Of a stretch of DNA of 64,000 nt, positions 63,060-64,000 are shown one piece after another. The position numbers and the translations under genes are program-made. The notes below the pieces were generated by a model. It did not search any database and had not been told where the DNA came from. It worked only from the letters and a program-made list of their open reading frames with translations. Every line of letters begins with the position of its first letter. Within the stretch, counting starts at the first letter, position 1. The stretch comes from Selaginella moellendorffii (taxonomy: Eukaryota > Plantae > Lycopodiophyta), in assembly GCF_000143415.4 (NCBI RefSeq), contig NW_003314308.1, forward strand, positions 186,001-250,000, written 5' to 3'.

Positions 63060-64000
63060 GATGTAAGTTGGTCTCTCTCTCATCAATAAGAACTTTGATA
63101 ACAATAGAAAGAAAAAAGTAAAAAAATGAAGAAAAACAATTTTAAAAGAGAACAAGGAAAAAAAATGACTAGTGATTTAGTTTGTGTAACTTCTTTGCTT
63201 ACAACTCTACTTGTTCTTTGATCATCATGAAGTTGCTCAAATACTGGTGGTAAAATATGAATGGTGGTCACTATTAATTAAAAAACTTCAATAGCTACTA
63301 CTAGTAGTGGTGGTGGAGTTTATTAACTAATGAGATTTTGTAGCGATGGTATTGTTGGTGGTGCTTGGTTGGAGTATATACATGAGATAGGTTAGACTGA
63401 GTGATTGACAATCACTATAGAAATGAAAATTTTAAATATTAGGTAATAATTTCACATCCTCTTCTTGTGTTCTTGGTTTTTTTTTGGAAAGTTCTAAATA
63501 ATGATTGAAATGTTAATTAGCCAGGCATCACTAAACTAAAGCCATCTTTGAGATATTTAAGCTTCCATTTTCACTTCTTATTTTCTCTTCCTTGATTTCT
63601 GTTACCCATACTTCTAGGAGGAGATGTATTGATAGATTGGAGAGTAGTGGCTATACTCCAAATAAAACTCTAGAAAGATGTAGATAAAATTGATGTTTAG
63701 AGGAGAGGATGACAATGGTTGAAAAGAGGATTGGAAAAATATCTTTAAATATTGTGTTTGCAAGATGGGAAGAAAAGAATAAGGTTTACATAAAGTGAAT
63801 TAAAGGGGAGATCATTTTGAGAGAGTTTTCTCAATGTCCTTATAGAAATATCATAGTGTACATTGGTAGCTAATTTATGATGCAATAGAGAGCTTTTTTT
63901 TGCATTGGAATGGCTATAAACATGAAATTCTATGACATATAAGATATTTTAATACTATATATTATTGTTCATACTATTGAACAATCAAACATTCCAAATA
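63060..64000. repeat. Inverted copy of the macro-repeat module
   Basis: CTCTAGAAAGATGTAGATAAAAT..GAGGAGAGGATGACAATGG (63668-63718) is the reverse complement of 54256-54306 and of the 50500/53250 copies. Confidence 0.8.

Overview
This is a eukaryotic nuclear window from a plant. Very short GT-AG introns (~45-90 nt), very dense gene islands, a PPR gene built from tandem short (S-type) repeats and a Tcn1/Tf1-like chromovirus suggest a lycophyte such as Selaginella (inference, not verified). GC-rich gene islands alternate sharply with AT-rich, decayed transposon blocks. Recognisable genes: NAD(P)H:quinone reductase, exosome RRP41, clade-A PP2C, NCED, a secreted/GPI-like bulb lectin, CSP41B, an LRR receptor-like pseudokinase, a PLS-E PPR, ATP11 and ASHH2/SDG8. 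Mobile DNA: an old Ty3/gypsy element with a nested LINE fragment, degenerate macro-repeat arrays, and a young full-length chromovirus (387-bp LTRs, ATCGA TSD, GGGAAAC frameshift site, self-priming PBS). The most unusual signal is not visible in the ORF track. At 4024-5015 there is a signal-peptide gene whose 3' part encodes a Hedgehog-type Hint (Hog) autoprocessing domain split across frames, so this copy looks disrupted. Also notable is the tail-to-tail pairing of ABA synthesis (NCED) and ABA signalling (clade-A PP2C) genes, each with upstream ABRE/G-box motifs. Exon boundaries were read by eye and TE limits are approximate.
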